Part shown: one piece after another, positions 29,971 to 40,105 of the stretch
How positions within the stretch are numbered: the first letter of the stretch is position 1
Layout: the number at the start of each line of letters is the position of its first letter
Assembly: GCA_029260165.1 (NCBI GenBank)
Contig: JAJDDT010000097.1
Location: forward strand, 11,099-75,098
DNA length: 64,000 nt
DNA from: Phycisphaerae bacterium
GTDB taxonomy: Bacteria; Planctomycetota; Phycisphaerae; UBA1845
Direction: 5' to 3'
The notes under the pieces: model-generated
What the model saw: the letters and a program-made list of their open reading frames with translations, nothing else
Databases searched by the model: none
Told to the model about the DNA's origin: nothing
Position numbers and translations under genes: made by a program

Positions 29971-31263
29971 ATGGCGGTGATGCAGAATCCGGTGATTGTT
30001 GTTCCGGGGATTATGGGGACGACGTTGCATGACGCGTATCCGCTGAAGACGGTGGATTTGTGGACGATGGTGTTGCACAAGGATTATGGTCGGGTGTCGA
30101 TGCATCCGGATAATTTGAAGTATGAGGCGGTGGAGCCTGCGCGGGTTTATGCGGGTCGGTTGTTCTCGATTTACAACGATCTGGTTGAGGCATTGCGTCA
30201 TGACTTAAGCGAGCGTGCTGATGAGCCTACGCCGGTGTTTGCGTTTCCGTATGATTGGCGTCGTGATGTTCATGAGACGGGAAAGGAGTTGGCGGGGTTT
30301 GTGGAGGAGGTTTTGGCGCGGACGAAACTGCTGCGACATTATTCGGGTTTTGAGAAGGTGAACAAGGTTGATCTTGTCGGGCATTCGATGGGGGGGATGG
30401 TGATTTGCGAGTATCTGGATCAGTTTGGGGACAGGAAACGTGTGGGGAAGGTGGCGACGATGGGGACGCCTTATCTAGGTTCGATGGAGGCGGTGGTGAA
30501 GTTGACGACGGGGTTGGGGAATTTGTCGGGTGAGCGTCCGAGTGAGCGGGAGCGGGAGACGGCGCGATCGACGCCCGCGGTTTATCAACTGTTGCCTTCC
30601 TATGACCTTGCTGCCTACAGGACGAAGGAAGGTATGGATATGGCGGTCAGTTTGTTTGATGTGAAGAACTGGCAGCCGAGCATTCTGGAGAGTCTGGCGG
30701 AGTATGTACGATTGCATTCGGTGGAGGTGATTCGGTCGAAGAAGGGTCGGTTGAAACGGGCGGGGGAGATTTTGTCGGGACTGTTGTCGGTTGCGAAGAA
30801 TCATCGTGGGCGTGTGAACAGTCTGAAACTTGCGAAGGGGAAAAACGGGTTGTCGAACGGGGATTGGTTGGCGGTGGTGGGTGTTGGTGAGCCGACGCGT
30901 CAGGAGGTGCAGGTAAAGACGGTTGGCAGGCGGATTCGGTTTGACATTGGGGATGATCCCACGGTGGATGATGAGGCGTTGAGTGGTGACGGGACGGTGC
31001 CGTTGCGTGGTGCGCTTCCGCCTTTTTTGGGGCAGGAGAAAGTGGTGGCGGTGGATCGTGGCGGGTTTGGGATGTTTGAGGTCGGGGACAGGTTGTTGCT
31101 GCGTGCGGCGGGGTTGCATGCGATGTTGCCGACGATGAACCTGGTGCAGCGGCTGGTAATCGGTCACTTGCGGAAGCGATTTCGTCCGAGTCTCAAGGGT
31201 GCCCGACCTGTGCCCGGGGTGACGAGGAAGAAGTGGTCGCCGCCGATTTCGGGGTTGGGGTGA
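29971..31263 (+). CDS. Alpha/beta-hydrolase, lipase/acyltransferase (LCAT-like)
   Basis: VPGIMGT, FPYDWRR, VGHSMGG, GTPYLGS, GDGTVP; GGAGG RBS. Confidence 0.88.
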   Translation: MAVMQNPVIVVPGIMGTTLHDAYPLKTVDLWTMVLHKDYGRVSMHPDNLKYEAVEPARVYAGRLFSIYNDLVEALRHDLSERADEPTPVFAFPYDWRRDVHETGKELAGFVEEVLARTKLLRHYSGFEKVNKVDLVGHSMGGMVICEYLDQFGDRKRVGKVATMGTPYLGSMEAVVKLTTGLGNLSGERPSERERETARSTPAVYQLLPSYDLAAYRTKEGMDMAVSLFDVKNWQPSILESLAEYVRLHSVEVIRSKKGRLKRAGEILSGLLSVAKNHRGRVNSLKLAKGKNGLSNGDWLAVVGVGEPTRQEVQVKTVGRRIRFDIGDDPTVDDEALSGDGTVPLRGALPPFLGQEKVVAVDRGGFGMFEVGDRLLLRAAGLHAMLPTMNLVQRLVIGHLRKRFRPSLKGARPVPGVTRKKWSPPISGLG

Positions 31264-31337
31264 TGGTGTGGTATGCGGGTGGCGGGACGTTCAGCCTCGG
31301 CAGGTGACAGGCCGACGGTGGTCGCCGGCGCGGTGTG

Positions 31338-32735
31338 CTACATGACCGAGAAGTAGTTTTCGATGGCTGCGTCGAGATTTTCCCTTGTCGCGGTGGTGGG
31401 GTTCCCGTGGTACATGGCGGTGTTGCGTATCTGCAGGAGGATGTCCCGCGGCTGGCAGCAGCGGAAGGGTCGGTCGATGGCTTTGTAGTGGTGCTCGACG
31501 AGGTAGTCGAGCGATTCCTGGTCGATATCGACGCCGACGATCGGGCTCATGATCTTGAACAGTTTTCGGAATTCTTCCTCGGTCGGATCAATCACGTTGA
31601 TTTTGTATGGGATTCGGCGGAGGAAGGCTTCGTCGACGAGGTCTTTGGGCTCGAGATTGGTTGAGAAAATGATGAGCTGGTCAAACGGCATCTGGATTTT
31701 CTTGCCGTTGGCGAGCGTCAGGAAATCGTATCGCTTTTCGAGCGGGACAATCCATCGGTTGAGCAATTCGAGTGGTTCCATGCGTTGTCGGCCGAAGTCG
31801 TCGATGACGAGGGTGCCTGTGTTGCTGCGGAGCTGGAGAGAAGGTTCGGTGATTTTCGTCTGGTGGTTGTAAATGAGATCGAGTGCGTCCATGGTCAATT
31901 CACCACCTGCGACGATGGTTGGTCGTTCGATTTCGATCCAGCGGGCGTCCATGACGGTTGATTTTTGCGAGGCGTTTTTCGGTTTTTTGATGGCGACGTG
32001 GTTTTCCGGGTCGTAGAACGTGATGAGTTCGCCGCCGACGGTGATGGCGTATGGGACCCAGACGTTGCCGCCGAAGCTGGCGGTGATGCGTTCGGCGATG
32101 CTGGTTTTTCCGTTGCCGGGATAGCCGTAGAGGAACAAGCCTCTGCCGGAATTGATGGCGGGTCCGAGTCGTTTGAACATGGTTTCGTTGATCAGGAGGT
32201 CGCTGAAGGCGCGTTTGAGGTCTTCGAGCTGCGGCTTTTCCCTGGTGATGCTCTGGGCGTCGACGGAGGCAATGTAGTCTTCGAGGGTGACAGGGGATTT
32301 TCCGGTGTAGGCGCATTCGTTCACATAGCCTCGTGCGCGGGATCTGCCCTCCTCGGTCAGGGCGTATTCGAAATCCCCCATGGCGGTACTGTCTTTGTAG
32401 AAGACGAACTGTCGTGATTTGAGTTGGCTGAGGAGTTCGATGATCGGTTTTGGAGGCAGGCCTACTGCGGTTGCGATGTCACGACCCGGTGCCTGGCCGA
32501 CGGAAAGCAGGTATTTGAACACGAGGGCTTCGACCATGGTGTCGGTGAGGCCTGTCTGGTCGATCGATTCGATGGGGGGTGGCCTGAAGGAGCCGTCGTC
32601 GATGGACGGCTCGGATTCGACAATCCGGGGGATCTCCGGTTCGACCTCGGGGGTGTGTTTTGAGCTGAGTTCCTTCTTGAGGGCGTTTTTGAGCGCGGCC
32701 AGATTGGGTTTCTTGGCGGAGATCATCGCTGTCAT
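31338..32735 (-). CDS. AAA+ family ATPase with N-terminal winged-helix-like domain
   Basis: GYPGNGKT, LVIDDFGRQ, FSTNL, AFLRRI; N-terminal GRDIATAVGL...YALTEEGR. Confidence 0.88.
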   Translation of the reverse strand: MTAMISAKKPNLAALKNALKKELSSKHTPEVEPEIPRIVESEPSIDDGSFRPPPIESIDQTGLTDTMVEALVFKYLLSVGQAPGRDIATAVGLPPKPIIELLSQLKSRQFVFYKDSTAMGDFEYALTEEGRSRARGYVNECAYTGKSPVTLEDYIASVDAQSITREKPQLEDLKRAFSDLLINETMFKRLGPAINSGRGLFLYGYPGNGKTSIAERITASFGGNVWVPYAITVGGELITFYDPENHVAIKKPKNASQKSTVMDARWIEIERPTIVAGGELTMDALDLIYNHQTKITEPSLQLRSNTGTLVIDDFGRQRMEPLELLNRWIVPLEKRYDFLTLANGKKIQMPFDQLIIFSTNLEPKDLVDEAFLRRIPYKINVIDPTEEEFRKLFKIMSPIVGVDIDQESLDYLVEHHYKAIDRPFRCCQPRDILLQIRNTAMYHGNPTTATRENLDAAIENYFSVM

Positions 32736-32979
32736 TCCTTGATTTGGACCGTTATGCTCGGCGGCACCGGGTCCACCGCTGTCATGCGTATCGGCTATGG
32801 AGAACGTACGATTTGGTGGCGGTTTCGGGTGTCTACTGGTCCGACGGTTTTATCGTCGTTTTTTCGGACGGCTTGTCGAATGGCGGCGTTGGTGATAAAA
32901 GTCCGGGGGGTATTAGCGGACGATTGGAATCAGGGGCAGGTGCGGACCTGCCTGTTGGGTGGGCGATGGAATTTTATCC

Positions 32980-33750
32980 ATGGTGAGTAAGGAAGTGATC
33001 AAAAAAGAAACGCCGCAGCCGGGGTCGACATCGGGTCCTGTCGCGGGTGCTGCGCCTGCTGCTGGTACGGCCCCTGTTGCGGGTACTGCTCCTGCTGCGG
33101 GTGCCGCTCCGGTCAAGCGTGGTCCTGGTGCCAAGGAAATTCCACCGATGGAGTGGAAGCTTATCGGGATGTCCGCGGGGACGCCGGTGGTTCTCCTGAA
33201 GTGCATCGATCGGGAAGACGCGGAGGCGCAGATGAAGCGTCTCGAGACAGAGTGCTACTACGACGAATTGCAGATTTTCGCGATTGATGCGCCGGTAAGG
33301 ATGTCTGCGGTTCAGGCGAAGGAACGTCAGAAGCTGTTTGACACGGCGTTTGCGGAGAAGCCCGCCCCCAAAAAACCAAAGACCGGCAAGAAAGCAAAGA
33401 CAGCTGAGCAACCGATGGTGATCGTCGCCAAGGCGAAAACACCACGAGGCAAAAAGGTGGAAGAGGTCGAGGCCACTGCGAAGTCGGGTGCGAAAGCGAC
33501 CAAAAAGGAAGCCGCGTCGAAGAAGACCGCCAAGCCCAAAACGTCAAAGGCCAGGTCGTCGAAATCGACCCCGACCAAAGCCAAAGCTGCCCCCAAGGCA
33601 AAAGTAAAGGCAAAGGCAAAGGCAAAGGCAAAACCGAAAGCGGCGGCAACGGCCAAAAAGAAGGCGAAAGCCGGGAAAACAGCGAAGAAGGCTGCTTCAA
33701 GAGCCACCAAAGCGAAAAAAGTCGGCAGGAAATCGAAGAAGAAAAAGTAG
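32980..33750 (+). CDS. Protein with histone H1-like Lys/Ala-rich C-terminal tail
   Basis: C-terminal half dominated by K/A (AKAKAKAKPKAAATAKKKAK); N-terminal P(V/A)AG(A/T)A tandem repeat; small central globular segment. Confidence 0.75.
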   Translation: MVSKEVIKKETPQPGSTSGPVAGAAPAAGTAPVAGTAPAAGAAPVKRGPGAKEIPPMEWKLIGMSAGTPVVLLKCIDREDAEAQMKRLETECYYDELQIFAIDAPVRMSAVQAKERQKLFDTAFAEKPAPKKPKTGKKAKTAEQPMVIVAKAKTPRGKKVEEVEATAKSGAKATKKEAASKKTAKPKTSKARSSKSTPTKAKAAPKAKVKAKAKAKAKPKAAATAKKKAKAGKTAKKAASRATKAKKVGRKSKKKK

Positions 33751-33825
33751 AACGCGGCGCAATTCAGCAGCCGCGTCCCCATGCCTCCAATGAGTTGAAT
33801 CCATCCGACGGAGATCGACCACATC

Positions 33826-34935
33826 ATGGCAAGATCCAACAGGAAAACGCCGCCCCCCGAGATCAAGGAGCGGATTTCACGCATCCGCCGTGCGATGTCC
33901 AGGGCGAAATTACCCGCGTTTCTGATCACCAGTCATATGGACACGTTTTACGCGACGGGGTTCACGGGCGAGGACTCCGCGATCCTTGTTCTGCCTCGAG
34001 CGGTTCATGTGATCAGCGACGGGCGATTCGACGAGGCGATCGATAACGAGGTTCCCTGGGCGACCAAACATCTTCGCAAGGGGGTGTTGTCCGCCGAAAT
34101 CGGCAACGTTTGCAGGAAACTGGGGTTGAAGCGTGTGGGTATTCAGCCTGAGGGTATGTCTCTTGCGACGCATCAGGCCATCAAAAAGGCAATTCGGCCC
34201 TGTCGCCCTGTCGATGCCCCGCCGATTACGGCGACGCTCCGCGAGATAAAATCACAGCAGGAACTCACAATTTTGCGCAAATCGATTCGCATCGCTGAAG
34301 AGGCCATGAAAGCGACCCTTGCGACGATCGAGCCTGGGATGAAGGAGATTGAGGCGGCAGCTCGGCTGGAGTTTGAGATGCGCCATCGCGGTGCTTCGGG
34401 GGTCGCGTTTGGGACGATATGTGCCACAGACGGCAATGCAGCCCATCCGCATGCCCATGCCGGAAACCGGAAATTCAGGAAGTCGTGCATGATTTTATTC
34501 GACTGGGGTGCACGGTTTGGGTTCTACTGCAGCGACTTGACCCGTGTGTATTTCATCGGTAAGATTCCGCCGCGCATCGGGGATGTGTACGAGATCGTTC
34601 TGGAGGCTCAGTTGGCCGCCATTGATGCGATCCGCCCGGGTCGGCGTTGTTGTGACATTGACGCGGTTGCGCGAAATGTCATCACGAGGGCAGGTTACGG
34701 TGAGCAGTTCACCCATGGGCTTGGCCACGGACTGGGGCTGGATGTGCATGAGGCTCCATCGCTCAGTTGGCGATCTGACAAGCCGTTGAAAGAGGGCATG
34801 TTGGTCACCGTGGAACCCGGTATTTATCTGCCCGGTGTCGGTGGTGTGCGGATTGAGGATGATGTGCTGGTGACCTCTCGCGGTGCGAAGGTGCTGACAT
34901 CTATCGGCAAGGATTTGGACCAGGCAATTCTGTGA
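33826..34935 (+). CDS. Xaa-Pro aminopeptidase (peptidase M24)
   Basis: DGRF, DWGA...YCSDLTR, HGLGHGLGLDVHE, TVEPGIY, GVRIEDD. Confidence 0.95.
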   Translation: MARSNRKTPPPEIKERISRIRRAMSRAKLPAFLITSHMDTFYATGFTGEDSAILVLPRAVHVISDGRFDEAIDNEVPWATKHLRKGVLSAEIGNVCRKLGLKRVGIQPEGMSLATHQAIKKAIRPCRPVDAPPITATLREIKSQQELTILRKSIRIAEEAMKATLATIEPGMKEIEAAARLEFEMRHRGASGVAFGTICATDGNAAHPHAHAGNRKFRKSCMILFDWGARFGFYCSDLTRVYFIGKIPPRIGDVYEIVLEAQLAAIDAIRPGRRCCDIDAVARNVITRAGYGEQFTHGLGHGLGLDVHEAPSLSWRSDKPLKEGMLVTVEPGIYLPGVGGVRIEDDVLVTSRGAKVLTSIGKDLDQAIL

Positions 34936-34979
34936 TCCGTCGGCGAATCCGGCGATCGTATTCATAGGCAATTCACGGC

Positions 34980-35462
34980 GTGGAAATTGACAAGGTCAAA
35001 GAACTCGTGCGGTTGATGGTCGACAATGAGTTGTCGAGCATCTCGATCCGCAATGGTGGTGAGGAAATCACGCTTCGGCGCCCGGGCAAGGCAGAAGTCG
35101 GACCGGCCGTCGTGGAGCATGTTGTGGCAGCGCCGATTCTACCTGTGACGGGTGGGGGTGGGGTTGAGCCTCAACCTGCCGCCGGGGTTGAGGCTGCTGC
35201 GGAAGCGGATGCCGATGCGGATCTCATTCCGATTCGCTCGCCCATGGTGGGAACTTATTATTCGTCCGCCAACCCGGATGCATCGTCGTTTGTGCAAGTC
35301 GGTGACAAGATCCGCGCGGATTCGGTTGTTTGCATCATCGAAGCGATGAAGGTGTTCAATGAAATTCGGGCGGAGGTTGTGGGTGTGATCGAACGCATTC
35401 TGGTCGGCAACGAGGAAGCGATCGAATATGGCCAACCGTTGTTTCTCGTCCGTGCGAACTGA
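34980..35462 (+). CDS. accB: Acetyl-CoA carboxylase biotin carboxyl carrier protein
   Basis: SPMVGTYY, IIEAMKVFNEI biotinylation motif. Confidence 0.97.
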   Translation: MEIDKVKELVRLMVDNELSSISIRNGGEEITLRRPGKAEVGPAVVEHVVAAPILPVTGGGGVEPQPAAGVEAAAEADADADLIPIRSPMVGTYYSSANPDASSFVQVGDKIRADSVVCIIEAMKVFNEIRAEVVGVIERILVGNEEAIEYGQPLFLVRAN

Positions 35463-35492
35463 TTTCCCGGTGCAGATCGTCAACCCAGCAAA

Positions 35493-36839
35493 ATGTTCAA
35501 ACGAGTCCTGATAGCCAATCGCGGGGAGATTGCCCTCCGCATTCTTCGTGCCTGTCACGAACTGAATGTTGAGGCTGTCTGCGTTTATTCTGAAGAGGAT
35601 CGGGACGCTTCCTATGTGGCGATGGCGGACCGGGCCATCTGCATCGGACCGGCTGCTGCCAAAGACAGCTATCTCAAGAGCGACCGAATCATTGCGGCGG
35701 CGGAGGTCGCGAATGCGGATGCGATTCATCCGGGATATGGATTCCTTGCGGAAAACGCCGCATTTGCGGACAAATGTCGCGAGTCCAACATTGAGTTTGT
35801 CGGTCCCACTTCCGACTCGATGAGAAAACTGGGCGACAAAGCCACGGCGATTCAAATCGCGAGATCGGCGAAGGTTCCGACGATTTCGGGTAGTGATGGT
35901 GCTCTTGAGAATTCGCGTGAGGCTGCGACGGTCGCCAAAAAACTGGGTTATCCGGTAATGCTCAAGGCGAGTGCGGGGGGCGGTGGTCGCGGGATGCGCA
36001 TCGCGCACAATGCCAAAGAGTTGCAGGAAGCCTTCGCATCGGCACAACAGGAGGCCGGGGCTGCGTTCAATGATTCGACCATCTATCTGGAGCGGTACCT
36101 TGAGCATCCGCGACATGTCGAGGTGCAGATTCTTGCGGACAATCATGGTCACATCGTTCACCTGCACGAACGCGACTGTTCGGTGCAGCGTCGATATCAA
36201 AAGCTGATCGAGGAGTCTCCGTCTCCGGGGCTTGATGCGCGGACGCGGACGGATTTGCTCAAGGCGGCTGTTCGACTCGCCAAGGTCGGTGGATTTACCA
36301 ATGCGGGGACCGTTGAGTTTCTCGTGGAGGGGAAACGCAGTTTCTATTTTATCGAGGCGAACACGCGTATTCAGGTCGAACATCCCGTGACGGAAATGGT
36401 GACGGGGATTGATTTGATCAAGGCGCAATTACGCATCGCCGCCAATGAGCCGTTGCCGTTTACGCAGCGGGATATCAAGTCGACTGGAGCCGCCATCGAG
36501 TGCCGTATCAACGCGGAAGACCCGGACAACGGATTCATGCCCTCGGCTGGTGGTATTAAGACATTTCGCCCGCCGGGTGGGTTTGGTGTTCGTGTCGATA
36601 CGCATGTTCATGACGGGTATAGAATTTCCCCACGGTACGATTCGATGATCGCCAAGCTGCTCGTGCATCAGAAAACGCGCGAAGACGCTATCGACACGAT
36701 GCTGCGGTGTTTGCGTGAGTTTTCGATCGCGCCCAACAAGACGACCATCCCGCTGCATCAGAAGATTTTCGCGATGGAGGCGTTTCGCAAGGGAGAGGTT
36801 GACACCGGATTTGTCGCGCGGCACCTCGAAGGCATGTAA
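35493..36839 (+). CDS. accC: Acetyl-CoA carboxylase biotin carboxylase
   Basis: ANRGEIA, HPGYGFLAEN, GGGGRGM, ERDCSVQRR, RIQVEHPVTE, YDSMIAKL. Confidence 0.98.
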   Translation: MFKRVLIANRGEIALRILRACHELNVEAVCVYSEEDRDASYVAMADRAICIGPAAAKDSYLKSDRIIAAAEVANADAIHPGYGFLAENAAFADKCRESNIEFVGPTSDSMRKLGDKATAIQIARSAKVPTISGSDGALENSREAATVAKKLGYPVMLKASAGGGGRGMRIAHNAKELQEAFASAQQEAGAAFNDSTIYLERYLEHPRHVEVQILADNHGHIVHLHERDCSVQRRYQKLIEESPSPGLDARTRTDLLKAAVRLAKVGGFTNAGTVEFLVEGKRSFYFIEANTRIQVEHPVTEMVTGIDLIKAQLRIAANEPLPFTQRDIKSTGAAIECRINAEDPDNGFMPSAGGIKTFRPPGGFGVRVDTHVHDGYRISPRYDSMIAKLLVHQKTREDAIDTMLRCLREFSIAPNKTTIPLHQKIFAMEAFRKGEVDTGFVARHLEGM

Positions 36840-36899
36840 CGGTTCGCAACCGCTCCAAACCACTCGATGATGATTCTCCGCAAGCGACGATCGCGATCA

Positions 36900-37763
36900 T
36901 TACGGCGCGTTCTTGCTCCGTCCCCAATCATTGAGTCGTCGATCGAATGGAATCCGGTGGACGCTGTATCCGACGGCGGTGTTCAGCCATTGACGGCGAA
37001 CGGTACTGGCGAGATAGGCGACGACATCGTGCAGAGTGGCTGACGCCGCGCCGGTGCGCTGCCTGTAGTAGTCGATGAAATCCGACCTGCGATCAAGAAT
37101 CACCGGGCTGACCATCAACCACTGCTCAACATGATCGATCGTGACCATCGCGTGGTTGTCCATCGCCCGCTGTGCGATCCGTCTCAGTTGATCCTCCAGT
37201 CCTGTCGGACGCAGCGGCGTCCCCTGGATCGCGGGCGATCCAATGGCTGCATCGCACAAAGCCAACAGCACCCTTGCGTCACCCCCGGCTGCGTCCCACG
37301 CCAACGTGCGAACCTCCGCAAGCGTGCGTTTCCTGCCGTCGATGATCGTACGGAACCGATGGTCGGGGACACCGATGTCGTGGCCATGCATGCTTTGGGG
37401 AGCGTCTGAAAGCAGAACGGCTTTCAACATAAGCGCGTTGTAGACGTTTACATAGTAGCAGGTTTTCTCATTTCGCGTCGGGAACGATTCGGGTGTTGTT
37501 TCAGGCCCCGCGTCTGCGACCATCGACAGGTAGTCGTCCAGTGGTTGGCGGTGTCCGGTCAGGTGATCGTAACGCACCAGATCATCGGTGACGTTTTCGC
37601 GGAGGACCGTCGCCCATGCGAAGTCGTTGTATCGCACAGGACCATCTTTCGATTGATCCTTTTCGATGACGATGTCCGTGTGATGCTCGCCACACCCCAC
37701 GAACGTCACCGCCATCGTGACGCCGCATAATATCCCGACCAGCAGTTTCGATTTCACGTTCAT
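36900..37763 (-). CDS. DUF547-like lipoprotein
   Basis: Lipobox FVGC; VRY..L...LDDYL, YYVNVYNA, DARV..ALC, FDRRLND. Confidence 0.78.
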   Translation of the reverse strand: MNVKSKLLVGILCGVTMAVTFVGCGEHHTDIVIEKDQSKDGPVRYNDFAWATVLRENVTDDLVRYDHLTGHRQPLDDYLSMVADAGPETTPESFPTRNEKTCYYVNVYNALMLKAVLLSDAPQSMHGHDIGVPDHRFRTIIDGRKRTLAEVRTLAWDAAGGDARVLLALCDAAIGSPAIQGTPLRPTGLEDQLRRIAQRAMDNHAMVTIDHVEQWLMVSPVILDRRSDFIDYYRQRTGAASATLHDVVAYLASTVRRQWLNTAVGYSVHRIPFDRRLNDWGRSKNAP

Positions 37764-39007
37764 ACCAGTGGATTAATCAGCAGCCCGGTTGCGATTTTCG
37801 GATAGAAATAGGTGCTCTTTTGCGGCATGACATCACCCGATTCGCTGACGGTCCGCATTTCCGCCATGGTCGGTGCTTTGCAAAGAATGGCCAACCCGTT
37901 TTCGTCTGCGGCGATCTTTCGAGCCTTCGCCTCCGATTTGATGTAGCGGATATTGGGATCGCCATCGAGTTTCGGCGTCAGCAGCTCCTCGAGCAACAAC
38001 CTGTGCAGATAGGCCAGGTCGAGATTTCGCCATGCTTCTGATTTGTTCGGTTCAAGCGAACCTAACTTGTCACGCCGGCTGAATCGAACCGGGTTGTTCA
38101 CACCATCCGCACCGACGACGACCAGGTCAGCCTCGGATTCACCACATGCCTCGCACCCGCTCTCCCACGCAGCCAACAGATCGCCAGCCGTCAACCCGCC
38201 TGTTTCAACCAACACGCGATGAGTCGGAAGGATCAGATTCCCCGGATCGTCCATGCTCGCCAACGCAATCAGGACGAATCGCGCCGGATGATCCTCTGGT
38301 AACGAACCCCTGGCCTGCTCGATGGCCCATTCACAATAATTCAGTGACGTGGTGTATCGATGATGACCGTCGGCGATGTAGACATTCTCCGATGCGAGCG
38401 TTTCCTGTAGTTTTGAAATAATCGCATCGTCGGAAATGATCCAAAACCGATTCTCCACGCCCCCCATCGTCGCCGCCGCGTCAGGCGATCCAGCCACCAC
38501 GGACGCAACAGCCTCACCTGTCGCGTTCTGCGGATCACGAAACAACCCGAAAACCGGCGACAGATTGCTCGACGTCGCCTTCATCAACGCCAATCGATCC
38601 TCTTTCGGACCGCCGAATGTTGACTCATGCGGCAGCACCTTGCCGACGGAAAACGGCTCCAGTCGCAAACGCGCGAAAATTATCGGACGCGTGTAGGTCG
38701 TACCGTCGTGGGTGAACGTCTGATGGTAGACGTACATCGCCGGCTGATTCTCGCGCACCAGCGTTCCGTCCGCCTTCCATGCGTCGAACGTCCGCGCTGC
38801 CTGTTCGTAGCACTCGGCTGGTCCCAGCGCTTTGGGCGGCATGTGCGGCAGGTCGATGGCGACGATATTGCGGTCGTCCTGTTTCAGCAGTCGGGCCTTG
38901 TCCGCCTCGTTGAGCACGTCGTACGGCGGGGCAATCCGTCCGGACACGTCTCCGCCCAACGCCTGGAAATCATATCGATACGCCCGAAATGGTGCGATTT
39001 CAGCCAC
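37760..39007 (-). CDS. DUF1015 family protein
   Basis: APPYDV, PHEST, IADGHHRY, ILPTHR, MPQKSTYFYPK. Confidence 0.93.
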   Translation of the reverse strand: MAEIAPFRAYRYDFQALGGDVSGRIAPPYDVLNEADKARLLKQDDRNIVAIDLPHMPPKALGPAECYEQAARTFDAWKADGTLVRENQPAMYVYHQTFTHDGTTYTRPIIFARLRLEPFSVGKVLPHESTFGGPKEDRLALMKATSSNLSPVFGLFRDPQNATGEAVASVVAGSPDAAATMGGVENRFWIISDDAIISKLQETLASENVYIADGHHRYTTSLNYCEWAIEQARGSLPEDHPARFVLIALASMDDPGNLILPTHRVLVETGGLTAGDLLAAWESGCEACGESEADLVVVGADGVNNPVRFSRRDKLGSLEPNKSEAWRNLDLAYLHRLLLEELLTPKLDGDPNIRYIKSEAKARKIAADENGLAILCKAPTMAEMRTVSESGDVMPQKSTYFYPKIATGLLINPLV

Positions 39008-39170
39008 GATTACGTCCTTTCCACAATGAACTCAGCCAAGTCGCTCACCATATAACCCCCCCAACCGACGATCGCAACCAATTCCAACGCCCCGCCTGGG
39101 ATTTCGCAACGATTACACCGCCCCGCTGCCGATAATTCCGATAAGCCGACTGCGCGTCGGCGATGGCAAG

Positions 39171-39234
39171 GGACTACCCGGATTCCGAACTTACGGAGCC
39201 TGTCGCATGGAAACAACGCTCGATCTCGCCACGG
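39171..39234 (+). repeat. Direct duplication of the queC-like RBS and first codons (second copy 39421-39483)
   Basis: GGACTACCCGGATTCCGA(A)CTTACGGAGCCTG(T/C)CGCATGGAAACAACGCTC..TCTCGCCACGG occurs twice, 250 bp apart. Confidence 0.95.
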
Positions 39235-39321
39235 ATAATGGGTGGCCCACTGATGATGGGTGACCCCACGGATGATGGGTGACCCCACGGATGATGGGTG
39301 ACCCCACGGATGATGGGTGGC
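39229..39321. repeat. 18-19 bp tandem repeat, 5 units
   Basis: CCACGGATGATGGGTGACC and variants head-to-tail, no spacers. Confidence 0.95.
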
Positions 39322-39396
39322 CCACCTCTTTAGAGGTGGGGGACTCGATTTGAGTTCCGGATTCGACTCCCCCACGGCTAAAGCCATGGGCCACCC
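39315..39396 (-). repeat. 82-bp REPIN/MITE-like element, family B
   Basis: Terminal inverted repeats GGGTGGCCCA/TGGGCCACCC; reverse complement nearly identical to 49664-49745. Confidence 0.92.
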
Positions 39397-39455
39397 AACC
39401 ATCAAACGACGGATAACGAAGGACTACCCGGATTCCGACTTACGGAGCCTGCCGC

Positions 39456-40103
39456 ATGGAAACAACGCTCATTCTCGCCACGGGTGGGATTAACAGCACG
39501 GTGGCGATCTCACGTCTGGTCAGCGAATTCCGCGTCCATGTGCTGCACGTCGATCATGGTCAACCCGCCGCCGCCAAACAGCATGAATCCGTCCAGCGCA
39601 TCGCCGACGCGATGGCGTGCGAGCTGCACACGATTGAGATCGGCAGCGGTACGAACGGATTTGAACCACCGCAGGACGGACGCCGCGCACCGGGAACCAT
39701 GTTGGCCATCCTCGCCCACGCACAGCACCTCGCCCTGAAAAACAATATACCGCAACTCGTCCTCGGGACGTCGCAGATGTGCAACGAAAAGGACACGGAA
39801 ACCGAGCACGGGCATGGCGATCCCGACATGAAACATGTGTTCCTTCACGCAGCCACGATCGCGATGGAATTGAATCTGCCATCCAAACGAAAGCTGGACG
39901 TCGAACTACCCTTCATCGATGTCAGCCGCACCGATATCGTGAAGCTCGGACAACGCATCGGCACGCCGTTCCACTTGACGTGGTCCTGCGACGAACCGAC
40001 CGCAGAACCGTGCGGCCAATGTCGTTCGTGCAATTCACGCTCCGCCGCGTTCCAGGAAACCGGCATACCAGACCCGCTTTTCGCAACCGCGGCGTCGGCG
40101 TAG
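39456..40103 (+). CDS. QueC-like (7-cyano-7-deazaguanine synthase family) protein, divergent
   Basis: LATGGINS PP-loop variant, DHGQ, PF..SRTDIV, TWSC...PCGQCRSC..R..AF...G..DP. Confidence 0.8.
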   Translation: METTLILATGGINSTVAISRLVSEFRVHVLHVDHGQPAAAKQHESVQRIADAMACELHTIEIGSGTNGFEPPQDGRRAPGTMLAILAHAQHLALKNNIPQLVLGTSQMCNEKDTETEHGHGDPDMKHVFLHAATIAMELNLPSKRKLDVELPFIDVSRTDIVKLGQRIGTPFHLTWSCDEPTAEPCGQCRSCNSRSAAFQETGIPDPLFATAASA

Positions 40104-40105
40104 TA

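Noticed and set aside
31338-32735. Second AAA ATPase as part of the ESCRT-like system
   Set aside because: Different family (IDDFGRQ, winged-helix N-terminus), no MIT-like domain, 14 kb away.
39229-39321. Possible CRISPR array
   Set aside because: Units are 18-19 bp, head-to-tail, with no unique spacers and no cas genes.
39010-39405. 131-aa ORF and the similar ORF at 49658-49915
   Set aside because: Translations of repeat family B, not protein genes.
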